Source of the DNA: a virus
Lineage: Duplodnaviria > Caudoviricetes
IMG/VR virus record: IMGVR_UViG_3300025934_000001
Coordinates: 45,417 to 109,416 of that record
Strand: one strand, 5' to 3'
DNA: 64,000 nucleotides
Positions within the stretch are counted from its first letter, which is position 1; each line of letters opens with the position of its first letter. The notes under the pieces are model-generated. The model saw only the letters and a list, made by a program, of their open reading frames with translations. It had not been told where the DNA came from and searched no databases. The translations under genes and the position numbers were made by a program. Of this stretch, positions 62,802-64,000 are shown in pieces.

Positions 62802-63125
62802 TTACGGCAGATCAAGCCCTATTTGGACAACCGGCGTCGGCCGCGGGCGCCCCATCTGATCGGCCAGCAGATCCTTGAAGCGGGCGAAGCTGCGGATCAC
62901 CTCCACCGGGTGGCCGAGCTTCGCCAGCTTGCGGAACTGGTGCGCCTGCCGGGCGCTCACCTCGCCGTCGGGCGACTTGAACTCGACCAGCCATGTGCGA
63001 CCGCCCGGCAGCAGGAACACCCGATCGGGCAGGCCCACCACGAAGCCGCCGAGCTTGATCGGCTGGCAGCCCATCCGCACCGCCCGCGCGCAGCAGCGGC
63101 GCTCGGTGTCCCCCTCAAGAGACAC
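62802..63125 (-). CDS. VRR-NUC domain nuclease
   Basis: 'E..E..G.PDR..LPGG...VEFK..G..S..Q'. Confidence 0.85.
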   Translation of the reverse strand: MSLEGDTERRCCARAVRMGCQPIKLGGFVVGLPDRVFLLPGGRTWLVEFKSPDGEVSARQAHQFRKLAKLGHPVEVIRSFARFKDLLADQMGRPRPTPVVQIGLDLP

Positions 63126-63468
63126 GGCGCGGCCCGGCCATCGAGCGGTGGGGGCGGGAAGGCACCGCCAGCAGGGCTGGCGGGCTCGCCATGCGCTCCA
63201 CGGCCTGCATGACTAGGGCCGTAGCTGCCAGCAGCGCCATGTCCTTCACGGCGGCCTTGTCGAGGTTCCCCAGCCGGGCGCGCTGGCGGGCCAGCAGCAG
63301 GGCGAACTCGGCCACCTGTTGCGCGGCCCCGCGGGCCACCAGCCGGCCGCTGCGCAGCGGCATCACCACGGTGGCGTCGCAGGCGTCGCAGCAGGGCTGG
63401 TCCGACAGCGGCCGAGCCGCGTTGCCGAGGCCGTCGAACTCGATCTTGCACAGGCTGCAGGGGGTCAT
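63115..63468 (-). CDS. Zn-finger hypothetical protein
   Basis: CSLC..GN.A.P...CCDACD..VV.P.R. Confidence 0.6.
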   Translation of the reverse strand: MTPCSLCKIEFDGLGNAARPLSDQPCCDACDATVVMPLRSGRLVARGAAQQVAEFALLLARQRARLGNLDKAAVKDMALLAATALVMQAVERMASPPALLAVPSRPHRSMAGPRRVS

Positions 63469-63695
63469 GGCTTCACCTCGGCCTGCGTCACCCGGCCCAG
63501 CATGATCAGGCGCTGGTAGAGCTTGCGCAGCTTGCCGGGTGACATCGAGCTTACGTACATGGCGGCCTCGGACGCGCGCCAGCCCTCCTTCACGAACCAG
63601 CGCGACACGGCCTGTCCCTGCACGGCGGCCGGGGTGGCCTTGTAGGGGATGGCTACACGGGTGCCGTCAGCCTTGATCAGCAGTAACTGTCTCAC
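63465..63695 (-). CDS. Hypothetical protein
   Basis: AAGGAG SD, GTG start, coupled. Confidence 0.55.
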   Translation of the reverse strand: MRQLLLIKADGTRVAIPYKATPAAVQGQAVSRWFVKEGWRASEAAMYVSSMSPGKLRKLYQRLIMLGRVTQAEVKP

Positions 63696-63883
63696 GGTGT
63701 CTCCTTTTCCATCTTGGGGGTGAAATCGCGCCAGCCCAGCAGGAACTTGCGCGCGGTTGCTTCCGACAGGCCGGTGGCCTGCACGATGCGCTTGCGCGGC
63801 TTCCCGGTAGTCACTGCCTGACAGCGCAGGCAGTGCCCTGAGCGGCAGCACATGCGGGTGATGCGGTAGGTTGGCTCACTCAT
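63692..63883 (-). CDS. Small Cys-rich hypothetical protein
   Basis: ATGA coupling to the repeated gene. Confidence 0.55.
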   Translation of the reverse strand: MSEPTYRITRMCCRSGHCLRCQAVTTGKPRKRIVQATGLSEATARKFLLGWRDFTPKMEKETP

Positions 63884-63888
63884 TTCAG

Positions 63889-64000
63889 CCAGCACTCGGG
63901 ATCGGCACACGGCGGGCCGCCATGATTGCCGTCACACTTGTCTTGCGCCGCCTTGGGCGCGAGGGCGCGTTCGCAGCGGTCAGCTACCTCTTCCGCAAGG
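63889..64000 (+). repeat. Direct repeat, copy 2 (runs off the window end)
   Basis: Identical to 25295-25406. Confidence 0.95.

Larger units (their letters stand above)
25295..63888. mobile_element. Phage segment B: apparently complete ~38.6 kb podophage genome
   Basis: Full early/replication/packaging/head/tail set between two copies of an exact repeat; uniform motif signature. Confidence 0.8.

Noticed and set aside
1-64000. tRNA/rRNA genes, reverse transcriptase/DGR, stop-codon recoding
   Set aside because: None recognised; coding density is high under the standard code

Overview
The window is entirely phage-like, GC-rich DNA and reads as two podophage-type genomes joined at a shared sequence. 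Segment A (1-~25.3 kb) is the end of a virion module. It contains a 5,909-aa DarB-like polyvalent protein (adenine methyltransferase, SNF2 helicase, HExxxH zincin, ART-like and PLxRFG-like regions), followed by an Acb2-like anti-CBASS gene, a PEP-CTERM gene and small genes. Segment B (25,295-63,888; 38,594 bp) looks like one complete small podophage: early genes, Cas4-like nuclease, SSB, family A DNA polymerase, primase-helicase, terminase, portal, scaffold, capsid, tail and ejection proteins, tail fibre, SNF2 helicase and VRR-NUC. It is bounded by an exact direct repeat (25,295-25,406 = 63,889-64,000, truncated by the window end). The most unusual signals are: (i) three small SD-led genes overprinted in the +1 frame inside the giant ORF; (ii) at least 21 copies of the palindrome CTTTAAAG confined to segment B, many forcing rare codons; (iii) at least 8 sigma54-type promoters plus CCTACA/TGTAGG operator-like palindromes, with no recognisable activator; (iv) an ejection-type protein carrying a HhH DNA glycosylase-like motif. 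All functional calls come from motif recognition by eye; no database searches were run.
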